From an uncultured Planctomycetaceae bacterium (lineage in GTDB: Bacteria > Planctomycetota > Planctomycetia > Isosphaerales > Isosphaeraceae), in assembly GCA_963833985.1 (NCBI GenBank), contig CAWIAD010000001.1, positions 3,072,001 through 3,136,000 on the forward strand: a DNA stretch of 64,000 nucleotides, written 5' to 3'. The position numbers and the translations under genes are program-made. The first letter of the stretch is position 1, and every line of letters begins with the position of its first letter. Below the pieces are notes generated by a model. That model saw nothing but the letters and a program-made list of their open reading frames with translations, did no database searches and was not told the DNA's origin. This document shows positions 21,682 to 30,529 of this stretch, in pieces.

Positions 21682-23335
21682 GATCACGCCCCCAACAATG
21701 TTGCGAACTACGTTGTTGGGGGCCTTTCTCAAAAGGGGACGGACTGACCCGATACACGATGCGGACCTCCTGCTCGTCGATCTCGACCTTCTTCACCAAG
21801 GCCCGAACCACCTCCCGTCGCGTGGCCCAGTCCGGCTCTTGCAACCCTTGCGAGACGCGACGTGCGAACTCCTCCAACTGACCGATCACCAGTCGCAATT
21901 CCGCCTCTTGGGCGGCCTCGCCGATTCGTTGTCGATGCTCCTCCGCCAATCTCGAGAGGCGCGTCCTTGCCGCCGAGATCCGGGGCTCGAACTCCGATTT
22001 GTCGAGCAACCCGTCGCCGTAAGCATCGATTAATCGAGAAATCATCTTTTTCACATTATTTATCAATTTGCCGAGATGCTCCACCTCCTGATTCGGCCCG
22101 CCCTGGGCACCCTGCAGCCGCCGCTCGTACTCCTCCCGGACCCGCTCCGGCTCGGACAGGAGACCTCGTAAGTCCTCCCAGACGGCAGCGTCAAGGATAT
22201 CGGTGCGGATCTGCTTGTTCCAGCAGAGGCGCTGCCCGCCGAAACGATAGGCGTCAGAGCCCGTGCAACGGTAGTACGCGTAGCGGACCCTACCCTTGCC
22301 CTCGAACGCGGCTCGGCTCGTCGGCTTGCCGTAGCAGCCGTAGCCGCAGCGCTTGCAGACGACCAGGCCCTGGAGCAGATATCGGCCACCGCCGGGCCGG
22401 TCGCGACGGCGTTGCCGGTTCTCTTCAAGCTGGGCCTGGACAGCCAGGAAGAGGTCTTCGCTCACCAGCCCGGGGACTTCAATGAAGATTTGATCTTCCG
22501 AGGATGTATCAACCCGTGAGACCGGTCGCCGGGAGTGTTCGGGGCGGCCTCGCTGCGGGCGGAGGCGTTGAGGTTTGAACTCACCTGAGCGCGTCTTGCC
22601 GAAGGCCGCGGTCCCCTTGTAGGCAGGGTTCTTGAGGATCAACCAGACCGTCGCGCGATCCCAGGCCGATTTCCCGGTCCGCGTCGGGATACTGTCGCGC
22701 CGGAGGCGTCGGCACACCTCGCCGATCGAGCACCGTTCCTGACCCACCCATTCGAAGATCTTCCGCACGACCCGGGACTCTTCAGCGAGGACCTGATAAC
22801 GCGCCTCGCCACCTCCCTCGTGCTTGCCGATGTAACGGTAGCCGTACGGTGCGCCGCTGAGGACGTTGACCGAACCGCGGCGGGCGGCGTGTTGCTTGCC
22901 CCTGCGGCAACGCTCCATGATCTTGGCGCGCTCGTATTCCGCGATCATTCCCTGGACCTGAAGCAGCAGGTCGGCTTCCGGACTGCGGCCGACGGGGTTG
23001 CGCAAGAAGACGACCTCGACACCGCACCGGATAAGTTCCTCAAGGATCAAGACCTGATAGGCATACTTGCGTGAAAGTCGATCCGGATCGAGCATATAGA
23101 GGCGGTCGATGGCTCCAGCGGCGGCTTGGTCCCGAAGTCGCTCGAGTGCCGGTCGGGCCAGGATGTAACCGCTGACGCCGTCGTCCACGAAGTGCAGTTC
23201 GGGCTCGCATTCCAAGCCATCAGTGGCGATCCGCTGAGTGACCGCCTCGAGCTGGCTGGCGATCGTGTCCTCCTTCTCCTGCTGCTCCCCCGAAACCCGG
23301 GCGTAGAGCGCCACGCGGAGATTGTCCGTGATCAT
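21461..23335 (-). CDS. Large serine recombinase; last 73 aa read out of frame from RT DNA
   Basis: ALYARVS (catalytic Ser), DDGVSG..RPALERL, DRLSR, GAPYGYRY, LKNPAYKG, YLLQGLVVCKRCG...YYRC zinc ribbon, coiled coil. Confidence 0.93.
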   Translation of the reverse strand: MITDNLRVALYARVSGEQQEKEDTIASQLEAVTQRIATDGLECEPELHFVDDGVSGYILARPALERLRDQAAAGAIDRLYMLDPDRLSRKYAYQVLILEELIRCGVEVVFLRNPVGRSPEADLLLQVQGMIAEYERAKIMERCRRGKQHAARRGSVNVLSGAPYGYRYIGKHEGGGEARYQVLAEESRVVRKIFEWVGQERCSIGEVCRRLRRDSIPTRTGKSAWDRATVWLILKNPAYKGTAAFGKTRSGEFKPQRLRPQRGRPEHSRRPVSRVDTSSEDQIFIEVPGLVSEDLFLAVQAQLEENRQRRRDRPGGGRYLLQGLVVCKRCGYGCYGKPTSRAAFEGKGRVRYAYYRCTGSDAYRFGGQRLCWNKQIRTDILDAAVWEDLRGLLSEPERVREEYERRLQGAQGGPNQEVEHLGKLINNVKKMISRLIDAYGDGLLDKSEFEPRISAARTRLSRLAEEHRQRIGEAAQEAELRLVIGQLEEFARRVSQGLQEPDWATRREVVRALVKKVEIDEQEVRIVYRVSPSPFEKGPQQRSSQHCWGRDLTIVVQHLHATICEGMEDWWTRAASGRANRQLCGRLRHLLSRHGRRGHDGDAEDDVQAEVNGERDQDAAVPPA

Positions 23336-23700
23336 GGTTTGTCAAACCCCCCCGACCTTGGACTGGATAGTGTGGACCACAGTCGCGTGGTTGCGGCTGG
23401 GTCGCGGCCGATCCAGGCGCTGCGAAACGACCGGGATCAAGACCTGATATGCACGCGCGATCAATTGCTCCTGAAGCCGAGTGAACTCGAAGTGGCGGGT
23501 GACAGGAGGACTGAACGTGGGCCTCCGTGGGGACGTGATCATGTCGACTCCTCCTCTCCGAGAGCGCGGCCGCCAGCCTGCCTTGGATCGGGATCGAGTC
23601 GGGGCTGCCATCCGTGCCCGTACTTCGGTCGAAGCCGCGATCTGGAAATGACAGAGTCAGGAATCAGGGACGATTTTGCAACATTGTTGGGGGCGTGATC
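21682..23700 (-). mobile_element. About 2.0-kb large-serine-recombinase integrative element with 23-bp perfect inverted ends and GATC core
   Basis: GATCACGCCCCCAACAATGTTGC at 21682-21704 and its exact reverse complement at 23678-23700; removal restores the RT frame. Confidence 0.88.
23342..23542 (-). CDS. Small basic 66-aa protein upstream of the recombinase (candidate directionality/accessory factor)
   Basis: Strong GGAGGAG RBS before ATG 23542; stop lies 6 nt before the recombinase ATG. Confidence 0.6.
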   Translation of the reverse strand: MITSPRRPTFSPPVTRHFEFTRLQEQLIARAYQVLIPVVSQRLDRPRPSRNHATVVHTIQSKVGGV

Positions 23701-24395
23701 GGTGCACCTTGCGGTGTACCCATCCCCTGGTCTTTATTCCGGGTCGTTCGATGGCGCTGCCCCTTCCCGTCGGTTTCTTCCACCGGTGTTTCCAGCCACA
23801 TCTTGATCAGCCGCAGGACGCGACCGTCGCTGATGCGCCGTGACGCCGATTTCATTAACTCGGAATGGGGTATGCTATCGAAATATCCAGATAAGTCCGC
23901 GTCCACCACCTCGGTGTGCCCCGTCTTGAGCAGCCGTTCGACTTCGCGGACGGCGTCCAGGGCGCTGCGCTCCGGGCGGTAGGCGTGTTGTTCCGGCTCC
24001 AGGTCGGCCTCGAAGATCGGCTCCAAGACCAGCACCGCAGCCATCTGCACCACACGATCCTTGATGCAAGGAATGCCCAGCGGCCTTTGCTTGCCGTCCC
24101 CTTTGGGGATGTACACGCGCCGCACCGCCTGGGGTTGATACGTCTCCTTACGAAGTTGTTCCGCCAGTTCGTCCAGCCATCGTTCCTTCCCGGACGCCTC
24201 GATGTCGGCGAAACTCTGGCCGTCGATCCCCGGTGCGCCGCCGTTGGCACGGCAGCGTTCGTAGGCGAATCCCAGAACGTCACGTCGATAAATCTTGTCG
24301 TACAGGACGTAGAACCGATAGTTGGGCGCGTTCTTCGCTTTGGTGTGCAACGCCGTCTGCAACTTCCCGACCTTCAGTGGAGGTGATAGACTCAC
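23697..24395 (-). pseudogene. ltrA: 5' half of the intron RT/maturase (233 aa)
   Basis: RFYVLYDKI, GAPGIDG, VRRVYIPK..GKQRPLGIP..DRVVQ, VVDADLSGYFDSIPH and GTPQGAPI. Confidence 0.9.
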
Positions 24396-25061
24396 GCCAA
24401 TCTCCCGGCTGTCTGCCGCTTGTTGCGTTGACCTTGAACCAAGGCCCCTTCCCTCGACCGGAGTTACCCGGCGTCGACGGTACTACGGGCCTCTCCGCCA
24501 CCCCAGGCAGCCCGGCCGGTCCCTCGCGGGCGTCCGGTTGAGGGTCACGCGCCCTCACCGCTTGGGGTTTCCCGTGTTGTGTTGATCTCCGTGTGCCGAC
24601 ATGCCGTCGTCAATACCCCGGTGGCCCGCTGGGTTCTGATCGCTCGTGGGGCGGCCTATTCCAACCGTTTCCCTTTCATCCCCAGCGACGGCGGCCTTCC
24701 CCATATTCCAGCAAGGTCGGCGACCACATTGGACTTTTCGAGGCCTGCTCAACGTTCACTCGCGTTACGGCCTGTCGGTTCGCTGCATCGCCAAGCGACA
24801 CATCTGTCTCGAAGGCTCCGACGGTTTCGTCTCCTCCACCGCCGCTCCGATAGCTACCGGCTGGAGCGACCCAGTTGCCGGGTGGGAGTTACACCCACTG
24901 AAGACCAACACCTTTCCACGGCGCACCGGAATCGTGTCCCACGAGGCCGGACCTCATTGCATGGACTCTGAGAAGTTTGACGCAGATGAACGAACGAATC
25001 AAGAGTACAGGTGTTCCGAACCACGTGCTGTCTTTCATTCAGCACAGACCGGCCGCGGGGC

Positions 25062-28000
25062 TCAATCGCCTTGGGCAAAGGGCCTGGCCGGGAAGGCCAC
25101 GTCCATCATCAAGAGCTGGAAGTCTAGCCGGGTGCGGAGCGGCTCCAGTGAGGACTCGCCGTGGAGCTCGGGGGTCCGGAAGCCCTCGGCGGTGACCCGG
25201 CGGAGGACCGCCATCGCCTTATCGGCCTCAACCTGCCGTTCACCGGCCGGGATGCCCGAACCTTTCATGCCGGCGATTTGCGACAGCATCGCGTGGCAAC
25301 CGGCCTCGAACATCCCGAGCTCACCCGAGCGATCCGGCAAGCTCTCTCTCGCCACGAGCGCCAGGCGGAACTCAGCGACGGCGCCAGGGATGTCGCCGGC
25401 GGCGAGCCGGACCTGTCCCGATCGCAACCGGCACTCGCACATCCGGTAGCGATAGGCCCGGACCTGCGGGAAATCCCGGACCACCGCCTCCCTCATCGCG
25501 ATGGCCTCGTCACAGTTCGCCCGCGCCTCGGCCAGCCGTCCTTGAATGCGCTGGATCTCGGCGATGTTGATGAGGATGTTCGACAGCTCGTTCCGGGTCC
25601 TGGCCAGGACGTCGGGAGGATAGGTGTCGATGAGCTTCTGGAAGACGGCCCGCGCCGCCTCGTATTGCTCCAGGGCCTCATCCAGCCGGCCCAGGCCGAA
25701 GAGCAACCAGCCGAGGCGGTTGTACGAGATCCCCAGGTCGACGGGCTCGCCATATCGACCCGGATTGTCGTCGACCACCTTCTTCCAGGCGGCCACCGCC
25801 GCGCGGGAGTCGGCGATGGCCTCCTCCGCACGCCCCAGCTCGCCGGCAAAGTCGCCGCAGCCGCCGAGGCACTTGGCCAGGAACCGGCGATAGTCGACGA
25901 TGCCGGGATACTCATCGGCGAGTTTCCCCGCGATGTCCGCCCCCGCGCGATACGCCGATAACGCGTCGGACCACCGGTCCTGACTCCGCAGCGATCCGCC
26001 CATGTTGAAGTAGCTGACCGCATGGCTGATCCGGACCTGGGGGTCGTCGGGATCGGTGGCGGCGAGTTCCCGCGAGATCCGGAGCGCCCGCTCCTGATCG
26101 GGCAGCGACTCGGCGGCCCTCCCGAGAGCATTCAGCGGGCCGCTGAGCGCGTGGAGCATGCTCGCCAGGGACAGGAGCGCCTCCTTGTCCTGGGCGGAGA
26201 CGGGCCCGCGCGGCCGGGACGCGAGACCTTTCTCGACGGTTTCGCAGGCCCTTCGGAGCCAGATCACCGACTCTTTCTCGTTAGCCGACGCGTGGTACCA
26301 CCAGCCGATGCTCTGGAGGATCCGGCCTGCGACGAGGTAGACGGGCTCGGTCATGCCGTCCGCGGGCCGGAGCGTTTTGACGATCGCCAGGGCTTCGTCG
26401 TAGCAGGCCCTGGCCGCGGGCCGGTCGGACATCCCTTCCATCCCGAAGCCGGCGGACCTCAGGTTCCGCGTCAGGTCGAGCTTGATCGCGTCGGTCGCCC
26501 CTGGTCCCTCCGCGAGGGCGCGTCGGACCTCGATCGCCTTGCGGTAGATGGCCAGGGCGTCGCCGATGGAGAACGTGAGTTCGCCCAGCTCCTCGTAGGC
26601 GCGGCCCAGTGCGGCCCGCGATTCCGCGTCCGTCCGCTGCCTGAGCAGTCCCTCGAGCCGGCCGTAGAAGTCGGCCGCGCCCCGGAGCAGCTTGCCGCGG
26701 AGCTTCTGGAACTGGCCCTGCTTCAGCAGCAAGTCCTTGCTGATCTCGCCGTGGAACAGCTTGATCGCGTCCATGGCCAGGTTGAACCGCTCGCGCTCGC
26801 GGAGATTTGCGGCCTGGAGATCGGTATTGGCCCGGGTGACGTTCTCGTTCGCCTCCCTGAGCTCGGAGTTAGCCTCGACGACCCGGGCATTGGCCGAGGA
26901 CAGAGCCTTGTTGACCCGTTTCAGCTCGCCGTTGGCCTGGGCCTGGACGCCCGAGACTGCTACCAGGCCGGCCAGGGCCATCAACATGGCGGCAGCACAG
27001 GCGGTGACACCGGTACGGTGCCGCGTCAACCACCGCATCAGCTTGCGGCTCCACGGCTCTCTCCAGGCCACGACCGCCTCGTCGGCCATCCAGCGCTCGA
27101 TGTCGTCGGTCAGAGACTTGCAAGAATCGTAGCGGTCTTCCGGGTTCTGCGACATTGCCTTGAGGCAGATCGCCTCGAGTGCCCTGTCGATTGTGGCGTA
27201 GAGCTTGCGAGGAGACGGGAAGTCGCCCCGCTGTACCGCGCGCGATATCGCGACAATGTCTCCGCCTTCGAACGCTGGCTTCCCGGTCAAGAGACAGTAA
27301 AGGCAGGCGCCGAGACTGTAGACATCGGAGCGAGGACCGAGCTGGTCGATCTCGCCCCGGGCTTGCTCGGGGCTCATGTAGGCCGGCGTCCCCAGAGCGC
27401 TGCCGGGCAGAGTGTCGGCGCTGCCGCTGGCCGAGCTCGGCACGAGCATCCGCTCTTCCGGGTGGATCGTCGGCTCGGCCCGGCCCAGCGGCTTGGCCAG
27501 GCCCCAGTCGACCACCAGGGTCTCGCCGTGCTTGCCGACGATGATGTTGGCCGGCTTGATATCCCGGTGCAGGACGCCGCAGCTGTGTGCGTAGCCGATC
27601 GCGTTGCAGACATCGATGAATCGCCGCAAGAGCTTGCGGAGCTCCAGCGACCGCTGGCCAGGATCGTTCTTCAGCGTCTCATCGCCGTGGAAACTCTCGA
27701 TGGCTTCCTTGAGACTATCTCCCCGGATGAACCGCATGGCGTAATAGGGACGGCCGGTGCCGTACGTGCCCAGGCCATACACCGGGACGATCCCGGGGTG
27801 TTCGAGCCCGCCGGTGATCTCGGCCTCGATCAGGAACCGCTGTCGGCTGGTGGGGTCGTCGGCGTGGTGGTCGAGGATCTGCTTGAGCGCCACCTCACGA
27901 TTCAGCTCGGCATCCAGGGCCACGAAAACAGCCCCCAGCCCGCCGCGGGCATGCGGCCGGAGCACGCGGAACCGCTGACCGTCGCTGGTGGCTGTGCCGA

Positions 28001-28382
28001 CGGAGATGCTGCCGGTGCGTTCGGGATCATCGTCTTCCTCGCGGGTCAGGGGATGCGCCGACGCGACGTGGCCGAGTGTCGCCTCGATGTCCGGGTCGCC
28101 AATACGCACCAGGCTCTGCTGCGTCGACCTGGCGGCCGGGACCGCGGCCAGGCTTTTCTCCACGTCGCCGCCGTGGCGATTGAGGTGCCGGGCTACCAGT
28201 GCCTCGACCGCCACGCGGTCGTCCGCGTCCAGGTCGCCGCGTGCTTCCAGGTGCTCTGCCAGGCTCCTGGATTTATCGAGTGTCCAGCCCTGGAAGGCGG
28301 CCACAAGCTGACCCTGGTTGATCAGGCCGTTCTGTAGAGCGAGCAAGCCGAAGAGGAGGTGGCGGTCGGCAGCGGCAGTCAT
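25062..28382 (-). CDS. Ser/Thr protein kinase with TM segment, coiled coil and TPR repeats (planctomycete type)
   Basis: DRHLLFGLLALQNGLI N-terminus; ARGGLGAV, VALK, HRDIKPAN, DWGLAK, GTPAYMSPEQ and SDVYSLG. Confidence 0.92.
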   Translation of the reverse strand: MTAAADRHLLFGLLALQNGLINQGQLVAAFQGWTLDKSRSLAEHLEARGDLDADDRVAVEALVARHLNRHGGDVEKSLAAVPAARSTQQSLVRIGDPDIEATLGHVASAHPLTREEDDDPERTGSISVGTATSDGQRFRVLRPHARGGLGAVFVALDAELNREVALKQILDHHADDPTSRQRFLIEAEITGGLEHPGIVPVYGLGTYGTGRPYYAMRFIRGDSLKEAIESFHGDETLKNDPGQRSLELRKLLRRFIDVCNAIGYAHSCGVLHRDIKPANIIVGKHGETLVVDWGLAKPLGRAEPTIHPEERMLVPSSASGSADTLPGSALGTPAYMSPEQARGEIDQLGPRSDVYSLGACLYCLLTGKPAFEGGDIVAISRAVQRGDFPSPRKLYATIDRALEAICLKAMSQNPEDRYDSCKSLTDDIERWMADEAVVAWREPWSRKLMRWLTRHRTGVTACAAAMLMALAGLVAVSGVQAQANGELKRVNKALSSANARVVEANSELREANENVTRANTDLQAANLRERERFNLAMDAIKLFHGEISKDLLLKQGQFQKLRGKLLRGAADFYGRLEGLLRQRTDAESRAALGRAYEELGELTFSIGDALAIYRKAIEVRRALAEGPGATDAIKLDLTRNLRSAGFGMEGMSDRPAARACYDEALAIVKTLRPADGMTEPVYLVAGRILQSIGWWYHASANEKESVIWLRRACETVEKGLASRPRGPVSAQDKEALLSLASMLHALSGPLNALGRAAESLPDQERALRISRELAATDPDDPQVRISHAVSYFNMGGSLRSQDRWSDALSAYRAGADIAGKLADEYPGIVDYRRFLAKCLGGCGDFAGELGRAEEAIADSRAAVAAWKKVVDDNPGRYGEPVDLGISYNRLGWLLFGLGRLDEALEQYEAARAVFQKLIDTYPPDVLARTRNELSNILINIAEIQRIQGRLAEARANCDEAIAMREAVVRDFPQVRAYRYRMCECRLRSGQVRLAAGDIPGAVAEFRLALVARESLPDRSGELGMFEAGCHAMLSQIAGMKGSGIPAGERQVEADKAMAVLRRVTAEGFRTPELHGESSLEPLRTRLDFQLLMMDVAFPARPFAQGD

Positions 28383-28724
28383 GGTGCGGTTCCTGGCGAC
28401 GGACCGTCCGCGGCACGACCCAGGGCACTTCGTCGGATCCAGTTCAAAAGCGGAGGCGCACGTCGCGTCGGAGGCATTATCACAGGAACGCACAGGACCG
28501 TTTAATCCTCACCGGGCAGGCGCCGTCGTGCCGCGCGGTTTGCAAGATTCCCCCGCGGGGGACGCGGTTCTCACCTGGCAAGGAATTGCGAGCGCCTTCT
28601 GGATAGCGAAACCGCGGCAGCCAGTGTCTATGCAAATGCATGCTAATGTCAACACATTGCTCATAATTCGTCCCACCAGTCTGATGGTCGTGATCATCGA
28701 AGAATTCGTGATCGACCGCGTGCC

Positions 28725-28930
28725 TCAGTCGCCGATGCCGATTTCCCGATATTGCTCGCCCGGTCGGTGCTGGCTGATGCGGATGGTCATCCACTTGTCG
28801 AGGCGTTTGAGAAAGTCGAGAAGCTCTCTGGCGGTGAACCGGCTGAGATGACCGTTCATCAGGTGCGACACTTCCGGCTGCTTGAGGCCCAGAAGTGCCG
28901 CGATTCCCTGCTGCTTCGGCGACGGTCGAA
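28725..28930 (-). pseudogene. N-terminally truncated XRE/HigA-like HTH remnant
   Basis: KQQGIAALLGLKQPEVSHLMNGHLSRFT...LLDFLKRLD; no convincing start or toxin partner. Confidence 0.55.
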
Positions 28931-29083
28931 CCCGATCCAGGGCTCGGACCGGACGGTGTCGGCGATGCACAGGGCGGTTGCCCGCAGGGGCTCCGCCTGG
29001 CAGACTGAGGGGCAGGCTGGGTCGTTGGGCGAAACTTCCGGGTGAACAGCCGAGAAGACAACACTGGCGAGGAGATAAGTCTC

Positions 29084-30529
29084 ATGCAGCGGATCCCGAG
29101 TTTGATGTTGGGACTGGTACTGGTACTCGCACCAGTTGTTCGCGTGCCGGCACAGACGGTCGCTGACTTCGCCCAGACGGCCGCTTTTGCGGCGGCGCAG
29201 CAGAATGCCGACGGCGGGTTCGCGGGCAGCCCGGGACAGCCGTCGACCCTCGGGGCCACGAATACCGGCCTGCGCGTGCTGGACTACTCGGGAGGCTCCG
29301 TGCTCGATGAGGCGGGTTGCATCCGCTTCGTCAACTCCTGCAAGGTGCCCGGCGGCGGGTTCGCCCAGCGCCCGGGCGGCCAGGCCGACGTCGTCACCAC
29401 GGCGCTCGGGCTCATGGCCGCGGCCGAGCTGAAGATCGCCGACAAGTCCATGGTCGATGACGCCGTCGCCTACTTCGGCAAGAACGCCAGGGCCTTCGAG
29501 GAGGTCCGCATGGCTATTGCCGGGCTGGAGGCCGTAGGGGCCCGGTCGCCGGACAACGCGAAGTGGGCCAGCCAGCTCGAGGCCATGCGCGCCGCCGACG
29601 GCGCGTTCGGCCAGGAGGGACCCAGCCGGGCATTCACCAGTGGGGGTGTGGCCGCGTCGTTCCTGCGCATGGGCATGCCCCTGAACCACAAGGAGCCGGT
29701 CATCGCCGCCATCAAGGCCGGTCAGCACGACGACGGGGCCTGGTCGAAGGACGATGGACCGACCGACCTGAGCAGCTCGTACCGCGTCATGCGGGGGCTC
29801 TACATGCTCGGAGAAAAGCCCGACGTCGCTCGGCTCAAGGGTTATATCGACCGCTGCCGGCACGCCGACGGCAGCTACTCGAACACGCCCGGCGGTCCCG
29901 GCAGCCTGGGCGGCTCTTACTTTGCCACGATTATCCTGCGCTGGCTGAGGCTGCTGGACAACGCTCCACCGGTGCTGGAGGCGGCGCCCTTTACTCCCCT
30001 GTTCAACACGGCGGACCTGACCGGGTGGGAAGGCCACTCGTCGCTCTGGTCGGCGCGGGACCGCATGCTCGTGGGTACGTCGCCGGGTCTCGACCACAAC
30101 GAGTTCCTGGCGACCCGCCAGCCCTACGGCAACTTCATCCTCTCGCTGCGCTTCCGCCTGGTGGACGGCCAGGGGAACAGCGGCATCCAGTTCCGCAGCG
30201 TGCGGGTGCCGGGCACCGAGATGTCGGGCTACCAGGCCGACCTCGGCGAGAGCTACTGGGGCTGCCTGTACGATGAATCGCGGCGCAACCGGGTGCTGGT
30301 GAAGGCTTCGAGCGACGCCCTGGCCATGCTCAAGAAAGACGACTGGAACCAGTACGTGCTCTGCGCGGTGGACGACCGGATCACGCTCTTCCTGAACGGC
30401 GCGGCCTCGGTCATTTATCAGGAAGAGGGGCAGAACATTGCGCGCGACGGGCTGATCGCGGTGCAGCTGCACGCGGGCAAGCCGATGGAAGCGCAGTTCA
30501 AGGACGTCCTCATCCGCAAGCTGCCGTGA
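29084..30529 (+). CDS. Exported prenyltransferase/squalene-cyclase-repeat protein with C-terminal DUF1080 domain
   Basis: QNADGGF, GQHDDGAW and CRHADGSY repeats; PLFNTADLTGW, GNSGIQFR, GYQAD, WGCLYDE and GLIAVQLH. Confidence 0.8.
   Translation: MQRIPSLMLGLVLVLAPVVRVPAQTVADFAQTAAFAAAQQNADGGFAGSPGQPSTLGATNTGLRVLDYSGGSVLDEAGCIRFVNSCKVPGGGFAQRPGGQADVVTTALGLMAAAELKIADKSMVDDAVAYFGKNARAFEEVRMAIAGLEAVGARSPDNAKWASQLEAMRAADGAFGQEGPSRAFTSGGVAASFLRMGMPLNHKEPVIAAIKAGQHDDGAWSKDDGPTDLSSSYRVMRGLYMLGEKPDVARLKGYIDRCRHADGSYSNTPGGPGSLGGSYFATIILRWLRLLDNAPPVLEAAPFTPLFNTADLTGWEGHSSLWSARDRMLVGTSPGLDHNEFLATRQPYGNFILSLRFRLVDGQGNSGIQFRSVRVPGTEMSGYQADLGESYWGCLYDESRRNRVLVKASSDALAMLKKDDWNQYVLCAVDDRITLFLNGAASVIYQEEGQNIARDGLIAVQLHAGKPMEAQFKDVLIRKLP

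Larger units (their letters stand above)
20918..24926 (-). mobile_element. Group II intron (RT/maturase, no endonuclease domain), interrupted by a recombinase element
   Basis: 5' GTGCG at 24926; domain V-like AAGCTGGATGCGGGAACACCGCCCGTCCAGTTT near 20990-21023; domain VI ending CTCGACTCTAC at 20918; RT ORF lies between. Confidence 0.9.

Noticed and set aside
21682..23700. Classical DDE insertion sequence with a 4-bp target duplication
   Set aside because: The encoded enzyme is a large serine recombinase; GATC is better read as the crossover core, although a duplication would look the same in sequence.
21082..24395. RT as a retron, DGR or defence RT
   Set aside because: Flanked by a GTGCG 5' end and domains V/VI, and carries group II RT0 and domain X motifs.
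28725..28970. Intact toxin-antitoxin module
   Set aside because: Only a partial HTH and no toxin ORF.
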